Below are positions 1-9,820 of a stretch of 64,000 bases of DNA, one piece after another. The notes under the pieces were generated by a model. That model was not told the DNA's origin, made no database searches, and saw nothing but the letters and a program-made list of their open reading frames with translations. Position 1 is the first letter of the stretch. Every line of letters starts with the position of its first letter. The DNA comes from Candidatus Saccharimonadales bacterium (lineage in GTDB: Bacteria; Patescibacteriota; Saccharimonadia; UBA4664; SCTI01): positions 84,034 through 148,033 of the forward strand of contig DATIII010000002.1 in NCBI GenBank assembly GCA_035479795.1, given 5' to 3'. Made by a program: the position numbers and the translations under genes.

Positions 1-2209
1 GCTCCAGAATCCGCATACTTTCCTGGCCAAATTGTTGCTCACGGCTGTCATAAAGCTGGCCAGCATACTCGGCCAATACACCCTGCGCATCGCGGGGATC
101 GGCCTTTTTAAGCCGGTTCGTTACCCCTTCATCCAGTGGCATCATGGCTGTCGTTTGTTCAATAATCTTGTCGGTTTCTACCATCCCGGTGCGCGCGTCG
201 GTATGGACAGTTACCAGATTAGAAAACTCATCGGCCAACATGCTCTCGATCTCTGGCCGTAGGTCAGTATTTTCCAGGGCTTTGCGGCGGCGCGAATAGA
301 CCACCTCGCGATGTTTGTTCATAACATCGTCGTACTCGACCAGCTGTTTGCGAATATCAAAGTTGTGACCCTCCACCTTCTTTTGAGCGCTCTCCAGGCT
401 GCGGCTGACAATGGCGTTTTCCAGCGGCACATTATCGTCCAAGCCCAAGGTGTCCATCAGGTTTGCTACGCGTTCGCCACCAAAGATCCGCATCAGATCA
501 TCCTCAAGAGAGACATAAAAGCGACTGGACCCAGGATCGCCCTGGCGGCCACTGCGCCCCCGCAGCTGGTTATCGATCCGCCGCGACTCATGACGCTCAG
601 TGCCAATAACATGCAGGCCACCCAGGTCGGCCACGCCTTCGCCCAAGACGATGTCGGTACCACGGCCGGCGATGTTGGTAGCCAGGGTGACGGCCTTCGG
701 CTGGCCGGCAGCCGCAACAATGGCAGCCTCGGATTCATTATTTTTGGCGTTGAGGATTTCATGCTTAACACCAGCTTTTCGGAGTAATCCAGATAGCACT
801 TCATTTTTGGCAATCGAAACGGTGCCCAGCAGAACTGGTTGGCCGTGTTCTTGGCGCTCCTTAACCTCGGCCACTATGGCGGCAAACTTTCCGGCTTCGG
901 TTTTATAGATCTTATCCGAATAATCCTTACGAATCATTTCCCGGTGGGTCGGTACTGTTGTTACATCCAGTTTGTAGATCTTGGCAAACTCCTCAGCCTC
1001 GGTGGCAGCCGTACCGGTCATGCCCGCCAGCTTTTTATAAAGCCGGAAGTAGTTCTGGAAGGTGATGGTAGCCAGCGTCAATGACTCCTGGCGAATCTCG
1101 ACCCCCTCTTTGGCCTCGATGGCCTGATGCAACCCCTCAGAATAACGACGGCCGTGCATCAGCCGCCCCGTAAATTCATCAACGATGATGATTTCGCCCT
1201 CGCGCGACACGTAATCGCGATCGCGCTGGAAAAGCGCCTGGGCCTTCAGCGACTGCTCGATATGATGGACTTCCTCGATCATGCCGGCTTCGTAAACATT
1301 ATCAACGCCCAGGATCTTTTCTAATTTAGAAATACCGGCATCGGTAATGGCCACCGCCTTGAGCTTTTCATCAATAGTGTAGTCAACCGCTGGATCAAGC
1401 TGGGTGGCAATCCGCGCAAATTGGCCGTACTTGTCGGTACTACCTTCGGCTGGAGCCGAAATAATCAGTGGCGTTCGAGCTTCGTCGATCAAGATTGAGT
1501 CGACTTCATCAACGATGGCAAAGTTGAGCTGGCGCTGTACCATATTGTGAACGTCGTTCACCATGTTGTCGCGCAGGTAGTCAAAGCCAAATTCATTATT
1601 AGTGCCGTAGGTAATATCGGCGGCATAGGCCTCACGCCGTTCAACCGGCCGTAGGTGCTTCAGCCGATCGTCAGCCGCCGATTCGTCAACATAATCGGGA
1701 TCGTACAGATAGGCAGCCACGTCAAAGGTGGCCTGAGGCACGATCACTCCCACCGACAGACCAAGGCTATGAAATACCTGCCCCATCCAGCCAGCATCAC
1801 GGCGAGCTAGATAATCATTGACCGTCACTAAGTGAACGCCCTTGCCGCTCAAGGCGTTTAGATAGGTCGGCGCGGTCGACATCAGGGTCTTACCTTCACC
1901 GGTTTTCATTTCCGCGATTTTACCTTCATGTAGCGCAATTCCGGCCATCAGCTGGACATCATAATGACGCTGGCCAATTACTCGCTTAGCCGCCTCCCGC
2001 ACCGTGGCAAAAGCTTCCGGCAGCAAATCATCCAGCTTCCCGCCTTCAGCCAGCCGCTGCTTCAACTTGCCTGTCTGGCCCCGCAGCTGCGACTCGGTCA
2101 GCTTTTTTATCCCTGGCTCCAGGTCGTTGGCCTGCTCGGCCAAGGCCCGCAGACGCTTAATTTCCCGAGCATTCGGGTCGCCCAAAATCTTGGTTAAAAC
2201 GCTTCGCAT
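1..2209 (-). CDS. secA: Preprotein translocase ATPase SecA (partial; C-terminal end lies beyond window start)
   Basis: Minus-strand translation gives [15 protein letters not shown] at the N-terminus and [17 protein letters not shown] (reverse complement of ~1441-1500). The ATG is at complement 2207-2209. The reading frame stays open to position 1. Confidence 0.93.
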   Translation of the reverse strand, partial: MRSVLTKILGDPNAREIKRLRALAEQANDLEPGIKKLTESQLRGQTGKLKQRLAEGGKLDDLLPEAFATVREAAKRVIGQRHYDVQLMAGIALHEGKIAEMKTGEGKTLMSTAPTYLNALSGKGVHLVTVNDYLARRDAGWMGQVFHSLGLSVGVIVPQATFDVAAYLYDPDYVDESAADDRLKHLRPVERREAYAADITYGTNNEFGFDYLRDNMVNDVHNMVQRQLNFAIVDEVDSILIDEARTPLIISAPAEGSTDKYGQFARIATQLDPAVDYTIDEKLKAVAITDAGISKLEKILGVDNVYEAGMIEEVHHIEQSLKAQALFQRDRDYVSREGEIIIVDEFTGRLMHGRRYSEGLHQAIEAKEGVEIRQESLTLATITFQNYFRLYKKLAGMTGTAATEAEEFAKIYKLDVTTVPTHREMIRKDYSDKIYKTEAGKFAAIVAEVKERQEHGQPVLLGTVSIAKNEVLSGLLRKAGVKHEILNAKNNESEAAIVAAAGQPKAVTLATNIAGRGTDIVLGEGVADLGGLHVIGTERHESRRIDNQLRGRSGRQGDPGSSRFYVSLEDDLMRIFGGERVANLMDTLGLDDNVPLENAIVSRSLESAQKKVEGHNFDIRKQLVEYDDVMNKHREVVYSRRRKALENTDLRPEIESMLADEFSNLVTVHTDARTGMVETDKIIEQTTAMMPLDEGVTNRLKKADPRDAQGVLAEYAGQLYDSREQQFGQESMRILE

Positions 2210-2322
2210 AATCTCCGATATTGTAGCATAGCGCCGACAACTATTGACTGAGCTTGACAATCATTGATTAATAATTGAAAATAAGCATAACAATAATTAA
2301 AAACAAAAAAGGTCAATCAAAT

Positions 2323-2553
2323 ATGAAACACCTTAGGTCCAGCCGTGGCGCAGTCGATATGATTGTGATTGCGGTCGTACTGATCGGCGCCCTGCTCGTC
2401 GGTGGCTACTTTATTTACCAGCAGCAACAGGCCGGCTCCGGCGGTACCAGCTACCAGCCTGCCACCACACAAGATAATCAAGCCAGCGACGTCCAAGACC
2501 CAGCCGCAGCGGTTACAAATGACTCGGAGGCTAGCAATGAAGATGCTAACTAA
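2323..2553 (+). CDS. Small single-pass membrane protein with acidic disordered tail (hypothetical)
   Basis: Start chosen at MKHLRSS. The upstream extension begins at a TTG, is AT-rich and has no RBS. One hydrophobic helix (IVIAVVLIGALLVGGYFIY). Confidence 0.5.
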   Translation: MKHLRSSRGAVDMIVIAVVLIGALLVGGYFIYQQQQAGSGGTSYQPATTQDNQASDVQDPAAAVTNDSEASNEDAN

Positions 2554-3268
2554 GGCCGTCGTAGTGTCGGCTTCACTGTCCATTGCGGCTATGCCGATGG
2601 CGTCACTCGCCGTCGATCAAGCGACAGTACCTAAAGCCTACGAAAAGTGTTTGAAGATTGAAAAAACCATAAATAACTTTGGACCCGCTCTACAGAGCGT
2701 TATGGACAGTCACTTCAATATGCCAACCGGCGATGCTCTGAAGAAATACCCAACCATAACTGCATCTGATACAAAGTATTCCTACACCAGTTCGACCTGG
2801 GCCGATAAGACGCATTACAACTACGCCATTTCCCGTGACCGCTGGAGCACAACCCTGGATTACCTGAAGAGTGCCACTTACTCAAGCGGCGCTAAGAAGG
2901 GCCAGCACATTCTCGACACCAGCAAGCTAGAGTCACTTTTGGGCGATTTCGATACACGAAAGGCAAATATTGAAACGCTAGTAAATGCCAAAATTGCCCA
3001 GTTGGCCGATAAGGCAGCCTACCCCGACTTAGTTCCAAATGACTGCCTGACGAAAGATGGGAGAGCCAGAATTAATGCCCGTGGCAAAGATCTAAATGGA
3101 ACTGTTAAGAGCCTAAGGGAGGCCATTGCCCATATGTATCAGAAGCCGATTCACAATGAAATCCAAGCGCTGATTAAGCAGCTTCTGAATGCCAAGAAAG
3201 ATAAGACTAATCCGGTCGACACATCTAAATCACGGGGACACACGGTTATCGCAAGCCCTGTCGGATAA
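2537..3268 (+). CDS. Secreted hypothetical protein (N-terminal signal peptide)
   Basis: GGAGG lies 7 nt upstream of the ATG at 2537. N-terminus MKMLTKAVVVSASLSIAAMPMASLA looks like a signal peptide. Overlaps the preceding small ORF by 17 nt. Confidence 0.6.
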   Translation: MKMLTKAVVVSASLSIAAMPMASLAVDQATVPKAYEKCLKIEKTINNFGPALQSVMDSHFNMPTGDALKKYPTITASDTKYSYTSSTWADKTHYNYAISRDRWSTTLDYLKSATYSSGAKKGQHILDTSKLESLLGDFDTRKANIETLVNAKIAQLADKAAYPDLVPNDCLTKDGRARINARGKDLNGTVKSLREAIAHMYQKPIHNEIQALIKQLLNAKKDKTNPVDTSKSRGHTVIASPVG

Positions 3269-3288
3269 CCTTAAATAACTATAAAAAT

Positions 3289-3308
3289 CGCCCCTCCGAG
3301 GGCGTTTT
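3289..3308. terminator. Bidirectional intrinsic terminator between convergent genes
   Basis: CGCCCCTCCGAGGGCG hairpin, with an A-run upstream and a T-run downstream on the plus strand. Confidence 0.6.
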
Positions 3309-3331
3309 TTATAGCCACTTTCCATTTGTAA

Positions 3332-3709
3332 TTATTCTTCGGTGATTATTGGCTCGCGGCCGAGCATTTTGGCAAATAGTTTGCGGCGGCGGTTTTTAGC
3401 CGGCTCATGCTTACTCTTGTAGCGCAGAATCTGAGCTTTTAGCTTTTGCTCGCAGATGTCGATGGCGGCGTACATATTAACCGTTTCTTCACGGGCGTGC
3501 ATCCGCTCGCCTTTCACATCAATTTCAATCTCACTAATACACTGGCTGTCGGCCGTGTGGGATTCATCGAGCTCAAGGATGACGCTGCCGCTGACTTCGC
3601 CGGTGCCGCGAGGCAGGAATTTATCCAGATTACCTATCTTTTTCTCAATGTACTCCATGATTTTTGCGTCTAACTCAAAGTGCCGCCCTGTGGTTTGAAG
3701 CTTTATCAT
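3332..3709 (-). CDS. hpf: Ribosome hibernation promoting factor / RaiA family
   Basis: 125 aa. Conserved MYAAID core and overall HPF/YfiA pattern. Confidence 0.85.
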   Translation of the reverse strand: MIKLQTTGRHFELDAKIMEYIEKKIGNLDKFLPRGTGEVSGSVILELDESHTADSQCISEIEIDVKGERMHAREETVNMYAAIDICEQKLKAQILRYKSKHEPAKNRRRKLFAKMLGREPIITEE

Positions 3710-3722
3710 AAAGAGCCCTCCT

Positions 3723-3750
3723 AAATGCTAAATTCTAAATTCTGAATCCT
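3723..3750 (+). repeat. Array of four tandem heptamers (AAATGCT AAATTCT AAATTCT GAATCCT; RAATNCT family)
   Basis: Read directly in the 46-nt serS-hpf spacer. The same 4x7 array recurs at 15595-15622, and in inverted orientation at 33929-33956. Confidence 0.6.
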
Positions 3751-3755
3751 ACGTG

Positions 3756-4970
3756 TCATAGCCACTCCCCTCCATAATATTCTTGCAGCGCCTTAGGTAG
3801 ACGAACCTTCCCGTCCTTCGTTTGATGATTTTCAATGATAGCAATCAGAGTTCGGCTGATAGCCGCGGCCGTCGCGTTTAGTGTGTGCACGGCTATTGTA
3901 CCGTCTTCCGTACGGGTGCGAATTCCCAAACGACGAGCCTGGTAGTCAGTACAGTTTGAGGCGCTAGTTAACTCTCGGTAGCTACCATCCACCGGGCTCC
4001 AATACTCAACATCGTATTTTTGGTAATGGGGAGCGCCCATGTCACCAGCAGCGGTGCGGGTGACTCTATAGGGGATCTCTAAATGCTGGCAAATATCTTC
4101 TTCGAGTTTAACTAATTTCTGCAGCCAATCGTCGCTGTCCTGCGGCGCACAGAAAACATAGAGTTCGAGCTTATTAAACTGGTGGACCCGGTAGAGTCCC
4201 TTTGAGTGCTTGCCATACGCCCCGGCCTCACGACGATACGACGGGCTCCAGCCGACATACAACTTTGGCAGGCCTTCGAGAATCTCGTCAGCATGATAGC
4301 CCGTTAGTGGGATCTCGGCGGTGGCGATCAGGTGCAAATCTTCCCCCTGTAGACTATAAACCTGCTCCTCTGGCCCCCTAGGGTTAAACCCAGTTCCTGT
4401 AGCAATGCGTTCGCTCACCATATGCGGGACATCCATCGGCACAAATCCGGCCTTCTCCGCCAGCTCGATGCCTAGACGCTTGATTGCCATCTCGAGTTTC
4501 ACAGCATTGCCCTTCAGATAGTAGAACTTACTCCCGGCTACCTTGGCACCACGCTCAAAGTCGATCAAATCGTGCTCTTCCATGAAAGCGACATGATCTT
4601 TAGCATCACCTTTTTCGGCCTCACCCCAGACGCGCTCCTCCTGGTTAGATTCTTCACCGCCTTCGGGTGTATCCGAAGCCATAAGATTGGGAACCTGACT
4701 GATCAACTCATTAAAATCGCTCTCCAATTTACTGAGTTTCTTTTCCGCCACCTCTAATTCGCCCTTTACCACCTGGAGTTTCTTCAACTCAGCTGCTGAT
4801 GGCTTGCCTTTGACGTTAAGCTGGGCGCGCAAGTCGTCCACCTCGCCCACCAGCTTAGTGCGCTGCTTATCAATCTCTAGGAGTTTGTCGATATCAACCT
4901 TGGTGCCACGCAGCTTAGCTGACTGCTTATACTTATCGGGATTGGCGCGTAGGTCTTTAATATCAATCAT
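3756..4970 (-). CDS. serS: Seryl-tRNA synthetase
   Basis: 404 aa. MIDIKDLRANPD N-terminal coiled-coil arm followed by a class II catalytic core. Confidence 0.95.
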   Translation of the reverse strand: MIDIKDLRANPDKYKQSAKLRGTKVDIDKLLEIDKQRTKLVGEVDDLRAQLNVKGKPSAAELKKLQVVKGELEVAEKKLSKLESDFNELISQVPNLMASDTPEGGEESNQEERVWGEAEKGDAKDHVAFMEEHDLIDFERGAKVAGSKFYYLKGNAVKLEMAIKRLGIELAEKAGFVPMDVPHMVSERIATGTGFNPRGPEEQVYSLQGEDLHLIATAEIPLTGYHADEILEGLPKLYVGWSPSYRREAGAYGKHSKGLYRVHQFNKLELYVFCAPQDSDDWLQKLVKLEEDICQHLEIPYRVTRTAAGDMGAPHYQKYDVEYWSPVDGSYRELTSASNCTDYQARRLGIRTRTEDGTIAVHTLNATAAAISRTLIAIIENHQTKDGKVRLPKALQEYYGGEWL

Positions 4971-5027
4971 AAAATTATTATAGGCCGAGCTGAGCGGAAA
5001 TTAAATGCTTTACCCAAGCCAAAACGC

Positions 5028-6563
5028 TTACTTTTCTAACCGCAGACGGCCGACTAACCAGTCCCGGTCTAGACTGGCCAAAAACCACCCGGCTTTGGGC
5101 CCGTAATCTTTACCCAAAATAACGCGATATAAAGACTGGAAGGCAGATTTATTATCCACCTTAGCCGCATCTTTAGCTGCATATATCAGCTCATGCATCC
5201 GCTGGCCATCTACCTGGCCCTCTTTGCCAATCGAGCCGGCCAGAAGATCCATAAACTTTTTTTGTTCCGCCGCCAAATCAACATCGGGAAGTTTCTTTTG
5301 AACCTCAAATTTTACTTCTTCAGGAGCATATTTCGCCAACCAATTTTCAACAAACTTGAGCTCTTTCTCCAGCACCGCTTTTTCATCGTCATCTTCGGGC
5401 TCCCAGTCTGTGCGCTGTAAGAGCTCCAAAACCTCATCAAAATCGCCCTGAGCAGCTTGATAAACCTGAACCAGGTGCTTGAAAGGCACAGAGGTAATCA
5501 TCTTTTCTTGACTACCGGCCACTGCAAATTCATAGGCATCGCGAAACTCATGATTTGCATCACTCTGGGCGGCAGCAAATTCATCCACAAGATTATAAAG
5601 CCCTAAGCCGGGGTCAAAGAATATTTTCTTTTCGGGGCGGCTGCGAACGATAAAGTAGCGCAGAAGCTCAGCCGGCATAATTTTGAGCGCATCATCGGGT
5701 GTAACTACATTTCCTTTAGAAGAGCTCATTTTTACATTCTCACCAGGACGGTGCATATGACCATAGCGCACCTCGCCATAAGGCGGCTCCACACCGAATA
5801 TCTGACGAGCAAACGCCATACCCGTGTCGTATGAGCCGCCAGCAGCACCATGTTCCTGGGCGCCAAACGGCTCAACGTTTACATCCAACTCTTTCCAGCG
5901 CGCCGGCCAATCAAGTCGCCAGTCCAACTTCACCATCCCATCGTCATAACTAACGCCGTTGATGGTTTTTCCCTGTTTATCCCAGGTCCTGACGTCGGCT
6001 TTAACGAAACGATCAGCTTTATCCAGATACTGCACTGGGGTCCAATCGGCAGCCACATCGCGCCCAAACTTCATTACAATTTCTCGCACCTGATCAATTT
6101 TTTCCAAAACCGTCTCGATGTGCGGAACCATGCGCCCGGTGCTATACAGCTGCTCGTAGCTTTTCAGGATTTCAAAGCCCTCTCCGCCTATCCCCATCGG
6201 CTTCAGGCTTTTTTCAAACTCAGCGTAGAAGTGATCGGCATAGGTTTTGTGGCAGTCACCAAAAGGATCCGGGATTAGGCAAACTGGATGACCGGAATAG
6301 TCTTTATCAACCTTTGGCAGGAAGTCATACCACTTACGTAATGGGTCAAAGTTGTCGACGACGTGAATGTGGGTGGCTTTGCGCCCCCGCTGTCGCACTG
6401 CCCAGGCCAGGGCATCGGCGGTCATGATCTCGCGATAGTGTCCTATATGGTAGGAGGCTGAGGGCGAAATACCGCTCGAGACAATTATTTCGCCGTCCGG
6501 ATACTTTTTAATAATCTCATCGGCCGCTAGGTCCAGCCAATAATTGCTTTTGGGTTCAGTCAT
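5028..6563 (-). CDS. lysK: Class I (archaeal-type) lysyl-tRNA synthetase
   Basis: 511 aa. HIGH motif (SYHIGHYRE) and KMSKS variant (KMSSSKG). The length and motifs are typical of class I LysRS rather than class II LysS. Confidence 0.88.
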   Translation of the reverse strand: MTEPKSNYWLDLAADEIIKKYPDGEIIVSSGISPSASYHIGHYREIMTADALAWAVRQRGRKATHIHVVDNFDPLRKWYDFLPKVDKDYSGHPVCLIPDPFGDCHKTYADHFYAEFEKSLKPMGIGGEGFEILKSYEQLYSTGRMVPHIETVLEKIDQVREIVMKFGRDVAADWTPVQYLDKADRFVKADVRTWDKQGKTINGVSYDDGMVKLDWRLDWPARWKELDVNVEPFGAQEHGAAGGSYDTGMAFARQIFGVEPPYGEVRYGHMHRPGENVKMSSSKGNVVTPDDALKIMPAELLRYFIVRSRPEKKIFFDPGLGLYNLVDEFAAAQSDANHEFRDAYEFAVAGSQEKMITSVPFKHLVQVYQAAQGDFDEVLELLQRTDWEPEDDDEKAVLEKELKFVENWLAKYAPEEVKFEVQKKLPDVDLAAEQKKFMDLLAGSIGKEGQVDGQRMHELIYAAKDAAKVDNKSAFQSLYRVILGKDYGPKAGWFLASLDRDWLVGRLRLEK

Positions 6564-6580
6564 ATCAGATATTTTACATC

Positions 6581-6601
6581 AAAAAAGCCCCAGACCGGGG
6601 C
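6581..6601 (-). terminator. Intrinsic terminator downstream of greA
   Basis: Minus-strand RNA forms GCCCC GGUCU GGGGC followed by UUUUUU. Confidence 0.55.
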
Positions 6602-6620
6602 AATTTTGGGTTCGTATAGG

Positions 6621-7091
6621 TTACTCTATGTGTTTAATCTTATAGACCATCTCACCCGAAGGCACATCGATCGAGACTTCCTCGCCCTTGGTCTTGCCCA
6701 TCAAAGCCCGGCCAATCGGAGATTCGTTAGAAATCTTACCCTCTTCTGGATTAGCTTCCTGACTGCCGACAATGGTGTAAATCTGCTTGCCGTCTTCTAC
6801 TTCCAGATGAACCGTAGAGCCAATATCAATCTTGTCCTTCTTCTTGGGACTCTCAATTACAGCTGCATTACGCAGAATGTGCTCGATTTCTGAAATCCGA
6901 CCCTCAATAAACGACTGGTGATCTTTGGCTGCGTCCCAAGACGCGTTTTCGCTTAGGTCGCCATATTCTTTGGCTTCCTTGAGCTCACCGGCAATCTTAG
7001 GCCGTTCATTTTTAACTAAATTTTCGAGCTCGGCCTTGAGCTTCTCGACACCGTCTTTGGTTAAATAAAATTCCTTTGATGTGGTATTCAT
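6621..7091 (-). CDS. greA: Transcription elongation factor GreA
   Basis: Start set at MNTTSKEF, with AAAGGA 7 nt upstream. The longer ORF starts at a GTG with no RBS. The GreA N-terminal coiled coil and C-terminal FKBP-like region are recognisable. Confidence 0.9.
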   Translation of the reverse strand: MNTTSKEFYLTKDGVEKLKAELENLVKNERPKIAGELKEAKEYGDLSENASWDAAKDHQSFIEGRISEIEHILRNAAVIESPKKKDKIDIGSTVHLEVEDGKQIYTIVGSQEANPEEGKISNESPIGRALMGKTKGEEVSIDVPSGEMVYKIKHIE

Positions 7092-7126
7092 TGTGAATCC
7101 TTTCTGCGTCTGCACCAGAATGGCTG

Positions 7127-7153
7127 AAAAAAATTCTCGAGGGGATCCTCGAG
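7127..7153 (-). terminator. Intrinsic terminator/attenuator inside the greA 5' leader
   Basis: Minus-strand RNA forms CUCGAGG AUCC CCUCGAG, a 7-bp stem, followed by AAUUUUUUU. It lies 36 nt upstream of the greA ATG. Confidence 0.6.
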
Positions 7154-7290
7154 TCAGACGACTTGCCTTTTGATTACTAAACCGCTTATGTATTTAGTTT
7201 GTAGATCCATTCTTACGCATGGTCAGTTAGGCGTCAATAGTTACTATTGTCAGATAAAAATAAATATTTGCTTTTGGCTTAATTAAGGCG

Positions 7291-9324
7291 CTATTGGACG
7301 CATCCGCCAGGCCGGCTAAAACACCAAGCCAAGGTTTCGCGAACGGCGGGGGCTGCAAACTGAGCGCCTTCGCCGGAGTTCTCAATTAGTACCACAATCT
7401 CAATCTGGGGATTATCATAAGGCGCGAAGGCCGTAAACCAAGCATGAGGCTTGCGGTTGCCAGTGGGATCGGTTTCAGCCGTACCGGTTTTAGCCGCCAC
7501 CGCTACGGGAACTTGCTTCTCGATGAAGCAGCAGGCGGTCCCGTAGGAAGCTGAGACCACCTGGCGCATACCCGAACGAATGATATCGAGATTATATGGT
7601 GAAATAAATCCTTGACCCAGTACCTCTGGCTTAACCGTCTGGGTGGTTCGACCTAGCGAGTCGTGAACTTCCCTGAGTAGATGTGGTTTAACTACCTTGC
7701 CACCGTTGGCAACCGCAGATTCAGCCACCGCCATTTGCAATGGCGAAGCCAGCAGATCGCCCTGACCAATCGAAATATTATAAGTGTCTCCCAGCGTCCA
7801 CGATTCGCCGCTGAGCTTTTTCTTCCATTCCGGGGTTGGCACCCGACCAGCAGTTTGTTCGGCGATATCAATTCCCGGCTTGCGACCCAGGCCAAACTTT
7901 TGATAGTAGCTAGCCAGCCGGTTAACCCCCAGGCCAGCGATATTGCCATAGCCGCCACCCACGGTAAAGAAGTAGACATCCGAGCTGACAGCAATGGCTT
8001 TAAAGATATTAACAACGCCTAGGCCGCCGGGTTCGTAGGAACGATAAGTGTATTTAACATTGGGATCATATTTGTTAGTAACGACAATCGAGCCGGTATC
8101 GTTGACGGTAGTGTCCTGGCTGACGACATGCTCCTGCAGGGCGGCCGAACCTATCAGCGGCTTGATAATGGATCCTGTCGGGAAGGCACCGGCCATGACT
8201 TTGTTAAATAACGGCTGGCCAGGATCGCTTACCAACTTCGTGTAATCCTTCTGGCTAATGCCGCCGGCAAACAGATTATTGTCATAGCTTGGCGCATTGA
8301 CGGCAGCCAGCACCTCACCAGTATTGGGATTAATCGCAATTCCTGACGCCCGCTTACTTCCCGCCGCTTGCATCTGGCGAGTAATAGCATCCCGCAGAGT
8401 TTTTTGAAGATCGCTGTCAATCGACAAAACAATATCGCTGCCGGCTGAAGCCGGGGTGGAGGCCAGTACCTTAACCGGCCGTCCCGAGGCGTCAACCTCG
8501 GTCTGCTCGGTACCATTTTGGCCGCGTAGCACCTGCTCGTAATAAGCTTCAATGCCCAATTTCCCGACATAGTCCGTTGGCAGATAGGTGCGATCATTTT
8601 GTAAATCCTGTTGACTGGCCCGACCGGTGTAACCCAGAATGGCCGACAACCCAATATCCTCGCCATACTGGCGAATCGGGTTTACATCTAAACTGAACCC
8701 CGGGACCGTGGTGGTGGCTTGATCAAAGCCAAGAGCCGTCTCGCGCTCGAGGTTAGGGGCAACCAATTGAGGTTGCACCCGACTAAGACATTCACGCTGG
8801 GATTGGGTTTGGGTCAGTTTGCGAGCCAGCTGCGCCGTTACGCAGTCGGTTTCAGATTTTGCGGCAATCTCGGCGGCTGGCTTACCAATCAGGTTGCCAA
8901 CCTTGACATAAAGTTGCTGCCTGGTCGCCTCGTCCTTGGGCAGTAAACTTGGGATAACGGTAATGTCAAAGCTGGCCAGGTTCTGGGCTAAAACCTTTTT
9001 ATGGCGATCGTAGATTAGACCACGTGGTGCCCGAGTAATCTTCTGGCGGAGGCGATTGCCTTCGGCCAACCCCAGATTGCGCTGCCCCTGCACGACTTGC
9101 AGTTGAACTAGCTGAGCCACCAGCAGACCGGCCACAACTAGAATGGCTGCGACCAAGATATAGAGGGAGCGCCGGCTGGTGGGAGTCTCAATAGTGCCGG
9201 CCTCGGCGTCAGCCGGCAGGATGGCATCTGCCCAGCTCTCATGACCGCCCTGATCACGCTTAATGGTTGGCCGGCCCTTGCGCGGCCGATCTTCGCCCCC
9301 GTAGCCAAATAACGGACCCGCCAC
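7291..9324 (-). CDS. mrdA: Penicillin-binding protein 2 (peptidoglycan D,D-transpeptidase)
   Basis: 677 aa. Carries the transpeptidase S-x-x-K motif (GSIIKP) and the KTG motif (KTGTA), and sits downstream of mreBCD. GTG start, coupled to the mreD stop. Confidence 0.88.
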   Translation of the reverse strand: MAGPLFGYGGEDRPRKGRPTIKRDQGGHESWADAILPADAEAGTIETPTSRRSLYILVAAILVVAGLLVAQLVQLQVVQGQRNLGLAEGNRLRQKITRAPRGLIYDRHKKVLAQNLASFDITVIPSLLPKDEATRQQLYVKVGNLIGKPAAEIAAKSETDCVTAQLARKLTQTQSQRECLSRVQPQLVAPNLERETALGFDQATTTVPGFSLDVNPIRQYGEDIGLSAILGYTGRASQQDLQNDRTYLPTDYVGKLGIEAYYEQVLRGQNGTEQTEVDASGRPVKVLASTPASAGSDIVLSIDSDLQKTLRDAITRQMQAAGSKRASGIAINPNTGEVLAAVNAPSYDNNLFAGGISQKDYTKLVSDPGQPLFNKVMAGAFPTGSIIKPLIGSAALQEHVVSQDTTVNDTGSIVVTNKYDPNVKYTYRSYEPGGLGVVNIFKAIAVSSDVYFFTVGGGYGNIAGLGVNRLASYYQKFGLGRKPGIDIAEQTAGRVPTPEWKKKLSGESWTLGDTYNISIGQGDLLASPLQMAVAESAVANGGKVVKPHLLREVHDSLGRTTQTVKPEVLGQGFISPYNLDIIRSGMRQVVSASYGTACCFIEKQVPVAVAAKTGTAETDPTGNRKPHAWFTAFAPYDNPQIEIVVLIENSGEGAQFAAPAVRETLAWCFSRPGGCVQ

Positions 9325-9325
9325 T

Positions 9326-9820
9326 CTAGGCCCAGGCCGCCTTCGTGGGCTTTGACTGCTGCCCTGACATCGAAGTGCGCCCCAACATTAGGATGAGCGC
9401 CAAGCTATCGTTGACAATCACCTCACTCAGGATCATCGAATAAGCGTTCCCAGCAATTGTCCCGTTAACGGTGCTGATAATCACGAGGTCAAACAGAATG
9501 GTACCAAGGGTTACCGCTAGCAGCATAGTTATCAGCGAGTCCACTCGAAGGCCAAGCTGGCGACTGGCAATGATACCTAATGCCGCCACGCTGTAAAAGG
9601 CCATGCGCAGCCCAAAATCAACGGTACTGGCGTTGTCCAGGAGAAACCCGCCGAAAACCGCAGCCCCCAAGGTGGTGGTGGCCGACCCGTAAAGGCCAAA
9701 GAAAAGCACTGCCAGAAGCATCAAATTAGGCATGACTCCAAGGGGTCTCCAGTGTCCAAACAAACCAACCTGCACCCAGACCAGACCCAAAATAATTAAA
9801 ACTTTACCAACTGCCTTCAT
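9326..9820 (-). CDS. mreD: Rod shape-determining protein MreD
   Basis: 164 aa polytopic membrane protein immediately downstream of mreC. Confidence 0.7.
   Translation of the reverse strand: MKAVGKVLIILGLVWVQVGLFGHWRPLGVMPNLMLLAVLFFGLYGSATTTLGAAVFGGFLLDNASTVDFGLRMAFYSVAALGIIASRQLGLRVDSLITMLLAVTLGTILFDLVIISTVNGTIAGNAYSMILSEVIVNDSLALILMLGRTSMSGQQSKPTKAAWA

Noticed and set aside
311-1324. Several 65-158-aa ORFs at the window start
   Set aside because: All lie inside and opposite to, or out of frame with, the secA coding sequence.
2275-2322. N-terminal extension (TTG start, MKISITIIKNKKGQSN) of the small membrane protein
   Set aside because: AT-rich and no RBS, whereas the internal ATG at 2323 has an AAGG upstream. 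It is most likely non-coding leader.
7136-7153. CTCGAGGGGATCCTCGAG, which reads as an XhoI-BamHI-XhoI polylinker and could indicate vector contamination or an engineered site
   Set aside because: It forms a perfect hairpin followed by a U7 tract in a natural terminator context. There is no other vector-like sequence nearby. I regard it as coincidence.
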